From positions 64,001-128,000 of the forward strand of contig CAWGKG010000018.1 of NCBI GenBank assembly GCA_963823035.1: a stretch of 64,000 bases of DNA. Direction: 5' to 3'. Numbering within the stretch: position 1 is the first letter of the stretch; every line of letters starts with the position of its first letter. The position numbers were made by a program, and so were the translations under genes. Below the pieces are notes generated by a model. It saw nothing but the letters and a program-made list of their open reading frames with translations. It searched no databases and was not told the origin of the DNA. Positions 10,586 through 20,159 of the stretch are shown here, piece after piece. The DNA is from an uncultured Gemmatimonadales bacterium. GTDB lineage: Bacteria > Gemmatimonadota > Gemmatimonadetes > Longimicrobiales > Gaopeijiaceae.

Positions 10586-12115
10586 TTAGAGACCGGAGTC
10601 GTCGTTCAGGGGACCTCGCCCGGGGCGGAGTGGCTGCCCGACGGCGGCCTCGAGACGGATCAGGTTCCAGTGGAAGTCGTACACCGCGTTCAGGTACGCC
10701 TGGTCGGCGGTGGTGGCGGTGGTCTGCGCATCGAGGAGCTCCAGGAGCCCGACGGCGCCCAGCGCGTAGCGTCGCTGCTGCATCAGGAGCTGCTCGTCGG
10801 CCAGGCTGCGGTTGCGCTCCTCGAGCTGCTGGACCTCGTAGGCCGCCGTGAGGTTGTCGAAGGCCTGCGTGACGGCCGTGCGCAGGCGTAGCTCCTCGGC
10901 GCGGCGGGCGTACTTGGCGTCCTCGGCGGCGTTGTTCGCCTCGGAGAGCTGACGCTGGCGGTTGAAGCCCGTGAAGACGGGGATCGACACCGCGAACGTC
11001 ACCTGGATGGGCCGCTTCGTGAAGTTGAAGGGGAACGCGTTGTTGGCGGCGAGGTACTGCTGGCCCAACGCGTCCGTGTACGCGAACCGGGTGCAGTCCC
11101 CGATGGGAGCACCCGACGAGAGGGGATAGGCGGGAATCGCCGCGGCGATGGCGTTGTTGCGCTGACAGGTCAGGACGTCGCTGGCAGCCGACCCCTGCGC
11201 GTTGCCGACGACGAAGCCACGGTTCGTGGCCTCCTGCGTCGTCCCCTGGAGCGCCGTGGTCAGCGAGAACGACGGGAAGTACGAGCTCGCGGCCTGCTTG
11301 GCCGTGGCGCTCGCCGCGCGCTCCTGCGCCTGGAACGCCCGCAGCGACGGATGCGCGTCCAGCGCCATGCCGATGAGCTGGCCCCGCTCCCAAGTCGGCT
11401 CGAAGACCGTGAACTCGCTCGCGAGCTCCGTGTGCTCGTCCAGCGTGACGCCGAGCTGCTCCGCGAGGAGCGCGCGCGCCTCGCGGTATTGGCGGCGCGC
11501 CTGGATGAGACCGACCTCGGCCCGTCCCAGGTCGACCTCGGCCTGCTTCCCGTCCGTTCCGGCTGCGGCGCCCGACCCGACGCGCATGTCCACGATGCGC
11601 CGGTTCTGCTGCGCGCGGTCGACCTGGCGCTGGGCCACGTCGACACCGTCCTGTGCGCGCAGCACGGCCATGTACTGGAGCGTCACCTGCGACTCGAGGT
11701 CGAACTCCGCCGCCGTGATCCTCGCGTCGACGGCCTTCTGGTTCGCCCGCGCGGCGGGGATGCCGAAGATGGTGTTGCCGTCGAGCCGCCACGTGGCGTT
11801 GAGGCTGTAGTAGGACTGGTACCAGTCGGTCCCCGAATTCCCCAGGTCGACCGTCCCGAACCTCTGCGTCCCGTCCTGCACCCACGTATAGCCGGAGTTC
11901 GCGGTCGCCGTCGGGAGGAACGCCGAATACGCCTCGCGCGCCCGCCAATCGGCAGCCGCGCGGTCGTTCTTCGTGCTCTGGTACGTGGGGTTGTAGTCCT
12001 GGGCCAAACGGATCGCGTCCTCGAGCGTGAGGCGCTGGGGAACGTCCTGGCCGACCAGCGTCGTCGCCGCCAGCGCCAGCAGCACCAGTGCGGCAGCGAG
12101 CACGCGTACCAGCAT
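10586..12115 (-). CDS. TolC-family outer membrane efflux protein
   Basis: Signal peptide, LTLEDAIRLA..NP, RYALGAVGLLELLDAQ, RLEAAVG. Confidence 0.9.
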   Translation of the reverse strand: MLVRVLAAALVLLALAATTLVGQDVPQRLTLEDAIRLAQDYNPTYQSTKNDRAAADWRAREAYSAFLPTATANSGYTWVQDGTQRFGTVDLGNSGTDWYQSYYSLNATWRLDGNTIFGIPAARANQKAVDARITAAEFDLESQVTLQYMAVLRAQDGVDVAQRQVDRAQQNRRIVDMRVGSGAAAGTDGKQAEVDLGRAEVGLIQARRQYREARALLAEQLGVTLDEHTELASEFTVFEPTWERGQLIGMALDAHPSLRAFQAQERAASATAKQAASSYFPSFSLTTALQGTTQEATNRGFVVGNAQGSAASDVLTCQRNNAIAAAIPAYPLSSGAPIGDCTRFAYTDALGQQYLAANNAFPFNFTKRPIQVTFAVSIPVFTGFNRQRQLSEANNAAEDAKYARRAEELRLRTAVTQAFDNLTAAYEVQQLEERNRSLADEQLLMQQRRYALGAVGLLELLDAQTTATTADQAYLNAVYDFHWNLIRLEAAVGQPLRPGRGPLNDDSGL

Positions 12116-12312
12116 CGCGTCCCGGACCCGGGCCCTCGTATCGTCGTCGTCTTCACGCCATCATCCCGGTTTCTATCGATGGATCCTGCGGAAGGTCGTG
12201 CGAGCGGTACGTCCGACCGGAGCCGGCGGGCTGATCACCGACCCGTCCCCACTCCCCACATCATCCCTCCGGCCGGACGAGATTCCGCTCGTCGTCGTGC
12301 ATCCTTCCTATA

Positions 12313-12444
12313 TGGAAGGGTCATGCCAGGATTTCGCAAGACACGTAAGCGGTATCACAATAACGTGTCTACGTATCTTCGTATGAAGTTGTTTCACGAG
12401 GTCCCGCGTACCGTCTCCGGGAAGCCGCGTCCCAATTCCGGACA
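12313..12444 (-). promoter_or_regulatory. Putative sigma54-type promoter with upstream activator sites for the TolC-MFP-ABC operon
   Basis: TGGCATG-ACCC-TTCCA (12313-12328; -12 element is TTCC rather than TTGC), AT-rich tract, two dyad-like sites 21 bp apart at 12407-12423 and 12428-12444. Confidence 0.5.
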
Positions 12445-12514
12445 GTCCACGCTTCCAACACGGTCCCCTACGAGAAGAAGGGCGCTCGGGTTCCGCCGGT
12501 GCTTCCCGGGCCCC

Positions 12515-12976
12515 TCAGCCCAGGAGACGGCGGTGGTAGTCCACCTGCCCGAGGTGCCAGCCGAGGTGCGCGGCGAGGTGCAGGAGGAAGAGGTGGGTGG
12601 GGGTGCCCTCATCGTAGATGGGAGGCAGCCGCCCCGGGTAGGGCGCAAAGACGGCCTCGTCGTCGAGCGCGGCGAGCGCGGCGCCCACCACCTCCCTGCA
12701 GTGCGCGATCCGGTCCAGGATCTCGGCGCGCGGCACGTCCCGGTCGCCGAACTCGGCCTCGCGGTCGCGGACGTACCCGGTTCCGCCCAGGACGGCGCCC
12801 ACGAAGTGCTCCATGTTGCCGACCAGGTGCAGCGCGAGCGTCCCGGCCGAGTTCTTGATGCTCCCCCCGAGGCGCCAGATCCCCGCCTCCTCGGCGTAGC
12901 GCTCGAGCTGCGTGGCCAGTGCCGCCAGATCCCGGTCGTACATGCGGGCGAAGTCCCCCGCGATGGTGCCGCTCAT
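12515..12976 (-). CDS. DinB superfamily (DUF1572-like) protein
   Basis: NSAGTLALHLVGNMEHF..GYVRDREAEF..HLAAHLGWHLGQVDYHRR His triad; ATGA overlap with the upstream gene. Confidence 0.82.
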   Translation of the reverse strand: MSGTIAGDFARMYDRDLAALATQLERYAEEAGIWRLGGSIKNSAGTLALHLVGNMEHFVGAVLGGTGYVRDREAEFGDRDVPRAEILDRIAHCREVVGAALAALDDEAVFAPYPGRLPPIYDEGTPTHLFLLHLAAHLGWHLGQVDYHRRLLG

Positions 12977-14790
12977 CGTTTGCCCTCCTTCCAGATGGCG
13001 CGGAAGCGCCTGGCCTCGTCGGAGGCGGCGGCGTCCAGCGACCCCGCGAGCCTCTCGTCCTGCACGAGCTTCACGTTGGCGCGGTGCTCCTCGCCCCGGC
13101 TGATCCAGCGCACCTCGACGCTCGCCCCGGGACGCCGTCCTTCGAGCGCAGCGGCGACGTCGTCGGGGCGCCGTACCTTCTTCCCGCCGACCGACACGAG
13201 GATGTCGTCGCGGTCGACTCCCGCCTCGTAGAGCGGCGTGTCGATCAGCGTGGGTCCACGCACCACGACGCCGTCCTCCCCGGGCGCCAGGCCGGCGGGC
13301 CCGAGCGACGCCCGCCCGGGCTCGGCAGGGGCGAAGCGGATCCCTGCGGCGGCGAGAAGGGCGGCATAGTCGACCACGTCCCTCCCCCGCACGTAGCGAT
13401 CGAAGAAGTCGCGCGCGAAGCCCGCGTCCGCGGTGACGTGCGCGAGCGCCGCCTCGATGTCCTCGACCCGGTAGGGGATCTCGGGCGAGCCGTGGGAGCG
13501 CCACATCTCGCGCATGAGGTCGTCCAACGTCACGCCGGGGAAGCGCGTGCGCAGCGTCAGGTCCAGCCCCAGCCCGATCCCTTCGCCCCACGTGTAGTAC
13601 GAGAGGAAGGTGTTCGCGAAGTTCGTCTCGTCCACGGAGACCGCCGCGTCCACGAAGGGCGCCTGCATGCTCATCTCGACCGGCGAGCGGTAGCGACGGC
13701 CGCGCGCGTTGACGACCGCGTTGGCCGAGCCGCCCACGGAGGCCGCGAAGCGCGCGTCGTCGGCGACGCCGGCCCGCCAGAGGGAGAGGTCCGTGTAGTA
13801 GCTCGTGAAGCCCTCCCCGAACCAGAGCTCACGGGACATGTCTGCGTGCTCGAAGTCGAAGGGCTCGAGCTCCGCGGAGCGGATGCGCTCCATGTTCCAC
13901 GAGTGGAAGTACTCGTGCGCCACCGTGCCGAGCAGCCGCTGCGGACCCGCCTCCAGCGAGCCCGTGCTGGTGAGCACCGTCGAGTTCCGGTGCTCCATGC
14001 CGTCGCCGTCCGCCCAGGGGAGGTAGCACGCGAGGAAGGTGTACGTGCCGTGGTCGTAGCGCGGGAAGGTGCCGTACACGCGCATCTCCGCCTGCACGAT
14101 CTCGCGGGCACCCCGCGCGTACGCCTCGGCCTGCGCCTCCGTGCCGCTGTGGTGCAGCGCGATGCGGATCGTCTCCGGTCCATCCGGTCCCTGCACCTCC
14201 CAAGAGTCCTCCCAGAAGTCGGAAACCTCGGTGGGGCTGTCCATGAAGTAGTCGAGGTTCGGCGCGGTGAAGCGGTACGGATCGTCCGTCGGGGCGAGCT
14301 GCGTCGCGACGCGCCATCCGCTCCCCTCGGGCACGCGCACGGTGAGCTCCATGGGCCGCGCCCGCAGGCCGCGCGCCCACAGGAAGGTCGCGGGCATGCT
14401 CAGGTGGCCGTGCGTGAGGTCGATCCCGGTGTAGGTCCCGTCCGCGTGGTCGCCGTAGAGGGTGTACGTGACGTGCACCTCGCCGCCGTGGTCCGAGACG
14501 TCCCACTCGTGGAGGTTGGGACGCTCCACCCGCACGGGACGCCCGCCCACCCCGGTGATCCGGACGTCGTAGACGTTCTTCGCGAACTCGTGGAGGGCGT
14601 ACCTCCCCGGGGACGTCCGGCTCATCCGCAGCTCGAGCGTGCCGGGGTTGAGGTCGGGGAACACCACGGTGACCTGTGCCTCGTGGTGCACCGCGTTGGG
14701 GAAGGAGATCTCGTAACGGATCGGCGCCTGGGCGGCGCCGGGGATGGCCGTCGTGAGGAGGAGGGCGGCCGCGAGTGTGGTGACACGCAT
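12973..14790 (-). CDS. M61 family (glycyl) aminopeptidase with C-terminal PDZ domain
   Basis: Signal peptide, SPGRYALHEFAKNV, GMEHRNST, AHEYFHSWN, LWFGEGFTSYY, PDZ-like tail. Confidence 0.9.
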   Translation of the reverse strand: MRVTTLAAALLLTTAIPGAAQAPIRYEISFPNAVHHEAQVTVVFPDLNPGTLELRMSRTSPGRYALHEFAKNVYDVRITGVGGRPVRVERPNLHEWDVSDHGGEVHVTYTLYGDHADGTYTGIDLTHGHLSMPATFLWARGLRARPMELTVRVPEGSGWRVATQLAPTDDPYRFTAPNLDYFMDSPTEVSDFWEDSWEVQGPDGPETIRIALHHSGTEAQAEAYARGAREIVQAEMRVYGTFPRYDHGTYTFLACYLPWADGDGMEHRNSTVLTSTGSLEAGPQRLLGTVAHEYFHSWNMERIRSAELEPFDFEHADMSRELWFGEGFTSYYTDLSLWRAGVADDARFAASVGGSANAVVNARGRRYRSPVEMSMQAPFVDAAVSVDETNFANTFLSYYTWGEGIGLGLDLTLRTRFPGVTLDDLMREMWRSHGSPEIPYRVEDIEAALAHVTADAGFARDFFDRYVRGRDVVDYAALLAAAGIRFAPAEPGRASLGPAGLAPGEDGVVVRGPTLIDTPLYEAGVDRDDILVSVGGKKVRRPDDVAAALEGRRPGASVEVRWISRGEEHRANVKLVQDERLAGSLDAAASDEARRFRAIWKEGKR

Positions 14791-14976
14791 GGATCGCGAT
14801 TCCGGAGGGTTGGCAGGGCGCGCCAAGATACCCAGCGCCGCGGCGCCTCGCCAAGTCGTCGTCCGACGCGCGCAGGGAGATCGGGTACCCGCCCCCGGCG
14901 GCTCCGGCTATCTTTGCCGCGCGCCCGTCAGCCGTCCCGCTCCCCGGGCCGGCCGCGCCCACGAAGCCTCACACGG

Positions 14977-15925
14977 ATGACCGCCAACCCCGACCATCTG
15001 CGCGCGCTGGAGCCGCACCTCGACCCGGCACGCATCGAGCGGGACGTCCCGCTGGCCCCGCTCACCACGTTCCGGATCGGCGGCCCAGCCGACCTGCTCT
15101 ACCGCGCCCGCACGCCCGACGAGTTGGCCGTGGCCGTCCAGGCTGCGCGCGACGGCGGTGTGCCGTACGTCCTCCTGGGGCGGGGCGCGAACATCCTGGT
15201 CGCGGATCGGGGCGTGCGCGGGCTGGTGGTGCGGAGCGAGGTGGGCGGCGTGGACTTCCTGGACGACGAGCGGGTGCGCGCGGGCGCCGGCGTCGAGACG
15301 TTCCCGGACCTCATCGACGCCACCGTCGCGCGCGGTCTGGGAGGACTGCACCACTACGTGGGCATCCCGAGCACGGTGGGCGGTGCGATCTGGCAGAACC
15401 TGCACTTCCTCTCCCCCGCCCCCGAACGCGAGCGGACGATGTACATCGAGGAGGTGCTCGAGTCCGCCGAGCTGCTCACGGAGGAGGGTGAACGGCGTAC
15501 CGTCGGCGTGGAGTACTTCGCCTTCGGGTACGACGAGAGCGTCCTGCACCACCGCGCCGACGTGGTACTGTCGGCGACGTTCCGCCTCCGTCCGCGCGCC
15601 GGTGGAGGACCTCCGCCGGGTGATCCGGGAGAACCTGATGTGGCGGGACGACCGGCATCCGGACCTCTGGCTGTACCCCTCGGCCGGGTCGATCTTCCGC
15701 AAGATCGACGGCGTCGGCGCCGGCCGTCTCATCGACGAGTGCGGCCTCAAGGGCCACCTGCACGGCGGCGCCGGCATCTTCCACAAGCACGCCAACATCA
15801 TCGTGAACCTGGGGGGCGCCACCGCGGGCGACGTGCGCGCGTTGATCGATCTCGCGAGGACGACGGTGGCGCGCGAGACCGGCTACGACCTCGTCCCCGA
15901 GATCGGCTTCGTGGGGGAGTTCTGA
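14977..15925 (+). CDS. murB: UDP-N-acetylmuramate dehydrogenase (MurB-like); +1 frameshift near 15594
   Basis: PLAPLTTFRIGGPAD, LGRGANILVAD, GIPSTVGGA, PSAGSIF, AGRLIDECGLKG, KHANIIVN, LVPEI. Confidence 0.85.
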
Positions 15926-15985
15926 GGGTGGGCGACTACGTGGCGCTGGCGGGCGACGACTGAAGGGTCTCCCGGCCGCGCCGGG

Positions 15986-16675
15986 TCAGGGCGCCCCGCC
16001 GAAGCGCGCCACGAGCGCGGCCAGAGTCTCCGCATCGATCTCGTGCCCTCCCTCGTAGTCCAGCCGCCCCGGCCGCATCCCCGCCCGGCCGAGGGCATCC
16101 TCCTCCGTCCGCGCCCGGCCCGGATCGGCCAGGGCCGGGTCGTCGGAGCCGCGGACGAGGACCACCTCCGTCGCGGCCCACGCCGCACGCGCCCGATCGA
16201 GGTCGAGATCCGGCGGGAGGAAGTCGCCCCAGAGCACCAACCGCGCCGTTCGCTCGGACCCGAGGACGCTCCAACGGGCCGCCGTGGCGACACCCTGCGA
16301 GAAGCCCAGCACCGTGCAGGGCACCCCCTGCCCGAGTCGAGCGCGCAGACGTGCCACCACCCGGTCGAGGTAGGCGACGTAGTCGTCGATCTCCCGCTCG
16401 CGGTCCTCCCGCGTCATCCACGTCGCTCCGACCACCGAGCCCGGCCCGTGGCGGCGTGTGCCGTCGGAGGGATAGAAGCGCGAGAGCGCCTCGGGGGCCA
16501 CGATCCACCGCGTGCCGTCGTCGAGCGCCCCGAAGCGGCTCAGGAAGCGCCGGGCGAGCTGTCCGTAGCCGTGCAGGACGAGCCACACCTCGCGCGGATC
16601 GGAAACGCCCTCGCCGAGCACCCAGTAGCGGGCGGTGCGCGCGACCTCGATGTGGTGCTCGACGGGCTCGCTCAC
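15986..16675 (-). CDS. Phospholipase/carboxylesterase-like alpha/beta hydrolase
   Basis: LHGYGQLA, APEALSRFY, GFSQG nucleophile elbow, YEGGH. Confidence 0.85.
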   Translation of the reverse strand: MSEPVEHHIEVARTARYWVLGEGVSDPREVWLVLHGYGQLARRFLSRFGALDDGTRWIVAPEALSRFYPSDGTRRHGPGSVVGATWMTREDREREIDDYVAYLDRVVARLRARLGQGVPCTVLGFSQGVATAARWSVLGSERTARLVLWGDFLPPDLDLDRARAAWAATEVVLVRGSDDPALADPGRARTEEDALGRAGMRPGRLDYEGGHEIDAETLAALVARFGGAP

Positions 16676-17220
16676 CCCGCCGCCTCGGCGTCCGCGAGGA
16701 GGGGGAGCGCGCGGTCGCGCTCCGAGACGATCGGATCGACGATCGGCCAGGGGATGGCGAGGTCGGGATCGTTCCAGCGCACCCCGGCATCGAGCTCGGG
16801 GTCGTACTCCTCGGTGACGCGGTACGCCACGTCCGCGCCGGAGCCCAACACCACGTAGCCGTGCGCGAACCCTGGCGGGATCCAGAGGAGGTCGCCCTGG
16901 TCGGCCGAGAGCTCCTGGGCCACCCAGGTCCCCTGCGTCGCGGAGCCCTCCCTGAGGTCCACCGCCACGTCGAAGACGCGTCCGCGGGTCACCTGGACGA
17001 GCTTGCCCTGCGCCCGTGGAGGCCGCTGGTAGTGGAGGCCGCGCAGGACGCCTGCGCCCGACCGGGCGAGGTTGTCCTGGACGAAGCGCACGTCGATGCC
17101 GGCCGTGGCGTAGACGCTCCGGCGGTAGAGCTCCGCGAAATGGCCGCGGGGGTCGCGGTGCCGGAGTGGGCGCACCAGCACGACGTCCGGAATCTCGAGC
17201 GGGTGGAACGTGGAGGACAT
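16672..17220 (-). CDS. rfbC: dTDP-4-dehydrorhamnose 3,5-epimerase
   Basis: DPRGHF, FVQDN..GVLRGLHYQ, QGKLV, FDVAVDLREGS, WIPPGFAHGY, WNDPDLAIPWP. Confidence 0.93.
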   Translation of the reverse strand: MSSTFHPLEIPDVVLVRPLRHRDPRGHFAELYRRSVYATAGIDVRFVQDNLARSGAGVLRGLHYQRPPRAQGKLVQVTRGRVFDVAVDLREGSATQGTWVAQELSADQGDLLWIPPGFAHGYVVLGSGADVAYRVTEEYDPELDAGVRWNDPDLAIPWPIVDPIVSERDRALPLLADAEAAG

Positions 17221-17345
17221 CCGCGGAAGCTGGCCCGCCCGCGCCCGCGCTGCAACGCCCTTCGTCGCCGTCGGGAAGAGCACGACGGGGAGCGGGAAGA
17301 GCGGAAGGCGGTGGCGACGCGCCGCGTCCATGGGCGGCCTCCTCC

Positions 17346-18794
17346 TCAGGTCGCCGCGTCGGGGACGGCCGGAGGCACGGCGCCGTGGTCCTCGTCCATG
17401 ACGACGCGACGCAGATCGCGCCCGAAGCGCGCGCGTACCCGTGCCAGGAGCAGGAGCGCGACGGCGCCGATGCCGCACGCGAGACCGAGCCAGACGCCGC
17501 GCGGGCCGAGGTCGAGCTCGAAGCCGAGCGCGAAGCTGACGGGCAGCCCGATACCCCAGAACCCGAGCAGGTTGAGGAGCATGGGGAGGCGGGTGTCGCC
17601 GACGCCGCGCAGGACGCCCGACGACACGACCTGAATGCCGTCGAAGACCTGGAAGATCCCGGCGATCGGGATGAGCGCGGCCGCCACCCCGACGACCGCG
17701 GCGTCGTCGGAGTACAGCCGGGCGAGCCCCTCGGGGGCGGCCAGGAAGAGGGCCGCCGCGCAGGCCATGAAGCCGGCCCCGGCGACCAGCCCCGCGCCCG
17801 CCGCCCGGCGCGCGCCCGGCGGATCGGCCCGACCGACCGCGTGGCCGACGAGCACCGCGGACGCCTGGGCGGCGCCGACCGAGACCATGAACGTGAGGGA
17901 GGCGAGGTTGAGCGCGACCTGGTGGCTCGCCATCGGCACCGTGCCCATCCACCCCATCAGGAGGCCCGCGGCGCCGAAGACACCGAATTCGAGCATCTGC
18001 TGGACGCCGATCGGCGCGCCGAGACGGAGGAAACGCAGCAGGGGCGCCCTTGCGATCGCGTCGCGGCGAAGGGGGCGCACCGAGCCACGCAGGAGGGGCC
18101 AGCCGAGCCCCACCAGGCACAGGGTCATGAACGTTCGGCTCAGGCTGGTCGCCCACCCCGACCCGACCGCACCGAGCGCGGGCGCGCCCAGGTTCCCGTA
18201 GATGAACACCCAGTTGAAGAAGGCGTTCGCCACGTTCGCGGCCACCACCGTGACGAGGATCGGACGCATCCGGTGCATCGCCTGGAGGCCCTGCCGGAAG
18301 ACGTTGAAGAGGTAGAAGGGGAGCACGCCCGGGATGCACGCCCGCGCGTAGCCCGCCGCGACCGGCACCACATCGTCCGGTTGGCCGAGCGCGGCGAGGA
18401 CGGCGCCTGCCGGGAGGAGGAGAAGCGCCGCCAGGACGCTCAGGACGACCGCGAGGACGGCGCCGCGCTGCACGCCACGGGCCACGCCGACGGGGTCGTC
18501 CGCGCCGACCGCCTGGGAGATCACGGGATCCAGCGCGAAGAGCACGCCCATCCCGAAAACCGCGACCCCGAAGAAATAGAGGTTTCCGAGCGCGACCGCC
18601 GCCAGGTCCGTCGGCGAGACGCGCCCGACCATGATCGTGTCCACGGTGCCCATGAGCATCATGGTCACCTGGACGATCGCCACCGGGAGCGCCAGCCGCA
18701 CGAGCGCGCGCACGTCGCTGCGTCGGGGCGCGAAGCTCCTCACCGAGCCGGGCCGCGGACCTCCCGCGGGCGGGGGTCCCGCGCCGTGGGTCAC
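17346..18794 (-). CDS. MATE family efflux transporter (NorM-like)
   Basis: LALPV..VDTIMVG, YGNLGAPALGAVG, ASHQVALNL, FQVFDGIQ..LRGVGDTR; start uncertain (18794 or 18743). Confidence 0.9.
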   Translation of the reverse strand: MTHGAGPPPAGGPRPGSVRSFAPRRSDVRALVRLALPVAIVQVTMMLMGTVDTIMVGRVSPTDLAAVALGNLYFFGVAVFGMGVLFALDPVISQAVGADDPVGVARGVQRGAVLAVVLSVLAALLLLPAGAVLAALGQPDDVVPVAAGYARACIPGVLPFYLFNVFRQGLQAMHRMRPILVTVVAANVANAFFNWVFIYGNLGAPALGAVGSGWATSLSRTFMTLCLVGLGWPLLRGSVRPLRRDAIARAPLLRFLRLGAPIGVQQMLEFGVFGAAGLLMGWMGTVPMASHQVALNLASLTFMVSVGAAQASAVLVGHAVGRADPPGARRAAGAGLVAGAGFMACAAALFLAAPEGLARLYSDDAAVVGVAAALIPIAGIFQVFDGIQVVSSGVLRGVGDTRLPMLLNLLGFWGIGLPVSFALGFELDLGPRGVWLGLACGIGAVALLLLARVRARFGRDLRRVVMDEDHGAVPPAVPDAAT

Positions 18795-19246
18795 TCTTGC
18801 GCGCAACCTTCCGTGCTGCGGGTGTCCGCGATCTCGATGATCCGCCAACCCTGCGCCGTGCGCACCAGGTGGAAGGCGTCGACGCCGCAGTGGCTGTGCG
18901 TGCCGTCCACGTACAGGTCGTAGCGGGCCCACACGGACGCCAGACCCTGGTCCTCCTGTGCCCGCACGTCCCGGATGCGCTCGTCGAGCTCACGTGTCGA
19001 AGCGCGCACACCCGCGAGCCACCGGTCGGCCGCCATGACCTGCGCGACCGGCACCCCGTCCTGGACGGCCGTTGTGATCAGGCGCACGTCCGGGTGGAGG
19101 AGCGCGCCCATCGCGTCGGCGTCTCCGGCCTTCATGGCGCGGAAGAGCGCCTCCACGACGGACGTGGGGGTATCGGCTTCCTGCGCGGCTACGGGGCCGG
19201 CGGCGGCCGCGAGGGCCAGGCTCAGCAACGTCGCGACGATCCTCAC
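18791..19246 (-). CDS. Secreted NTF2/SnoaL-like protein
   Basis: Signal peptide; VVEALFRAMKAGD..LASVWARY..HCGVDAFHLVRTAQGWRIIEIADT; GTGA overlap. Confidence 0.8.
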   Translation of the reverse strand: MRIVATLLSLALAAAAGPVAAQEADTPTSVVEALFRAMKAGDADAMGALLHPDVRLITTAVQDGVPVAQVMAADRWLAGVRASTRELDERIRDVRAQEDQGLASVWARYDLYVDGTHSHCGVDAFHLVRTAQGWRIIEIADTRSTEGCAQE

Positions 19247-19554
19247 GTCTCCTCCTGCGCTCCTGGATGGTCTTCGTCGGGTGGCCGCGCGCCGCCCGAG
19301 GCCAGCGTCCGGCCGCCGCCCCGTTCGCGGCGGATCTCCTCGAGGAGGGCGCGCTCGTCGTCGGGCGGGATCGCGATGTCCGGCTGCGTACCCTCCCGTA
19401 TCGCGAACATCGACAGGAAGGTGCCCGGCATGCCGGCCCAGAAGGCGATGAAGCGGGTGAACCCGTGCTTTCCGCGGCGGCGGAGATCCATGTAGACCAG
19501 GAGCGCCACCACCCACACCACCGCCCCGACGAGCTGTTGGATGAAGTGATCCAT
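19243..19554 (-). CDS. Small hypothetical membrane protein
   Basis: Two hydrophobic segments, GC3-rich codons, coupled to the downstream gene. Confidence 0.65.
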   Translation of the reverse strand: MDHFIQQLVGAVVWVVALLVYMDLRRRGKHGFTRFIAFWAGMPGTFLSMFAIREGTQPDIAIPPDDERALLEEIRRERGGGRTLASGGARPPDEDHPGAQEET

Positions 19555-19649
19555 GTCGTTCCCCGCGGCCCTCCGCCGGCGATCACCATTGCCCCGGCCC
19601 TCCGGGTGCCCGAAGATAGCCGCTCGCGCCCCCGGTTCAATGAGACGCC

Positions 19650-20159
19650 TTGCCCCCGACCTCCTCCCCCGTCGCCCGCATCCAGGCGCTCTGGCGCCGT
19701 CTCTCCCCCCTTCCGGGCGGACGCTGGCTCTTCAACCGCCTCTTCCGCCGGGCGGTCCCCTACACCGGGAGCGTGCATCCCGTGGTCACCGATCTGGAGC
19801 CCGGATACGCCCGTGTCTCGATGCGCGATCGGCGGGCGGTGCGCAACCACCTGAACTCCGTGCACGCGATCGCCCTCGCCAACCTCGGCGAGGTGGCGAG
19901 CGGCCTGGCGATGGTCGGGGCGCTCCCGGCGACCGTGCGCGGCATCGTGGTCGGCATCGAGGTCGCCTACCACAAGAAGGCCCGGGGCACGCTCGTGGCC
20001 GAGTGCCGGTGCGATGTGCCCGAGGTGACGGCGCCCGCCGAGCACCGGGTCGTCGCGCACGTACGGGACGAGGCCGGCGACGAGGTCGCCACCGTCACGG
20101 CGCGCTGGCTGCTCGGCCCCGTCCCCGCGGACGGCGCCGCAGAGGCCACGGCTCCTTGA
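19650..20159 (+). CDS. Hotdog-fold thioesterase (PaaI/DUF4442-like)
   Basis: PYTGSV, RRAVRNHLNSVHAIALANLGE, YHKKARG. Confidence 0.85.
   Translation: MPPTSSPVARIQALWRRLSPLPGGRWLFNRLFRRAVPYTGSVHPVVTDLEPGYARVSMRDRRAVRNHLNSVHAIALANLGEVASGLAMVGALPATVRGIVVGIEVAYHKKARGTLVAECRCDVPEVTAPAEHRVVAHVRDEAGDEVATVTARWLLGPVPADGAAEATAP

Noticed and set aside
12919..15963. 1014-aa plus-strand ORF and many other long shadow ORFs (e.g. 47812..50775, 33741..36440, 31450..33870)
   Set aside because: Antisense or off-frame to well-supported genes. Stop codons are rare at this GC content, and the translations are low-complexity Arg/Gly/Pro-rich.
16672..17220. rmlC as a marker of a polysaccharide island
   Set aside because: No rmlA/B/D or glycosyltransferases nearby; it appears to be an orphan housekeeping copy.
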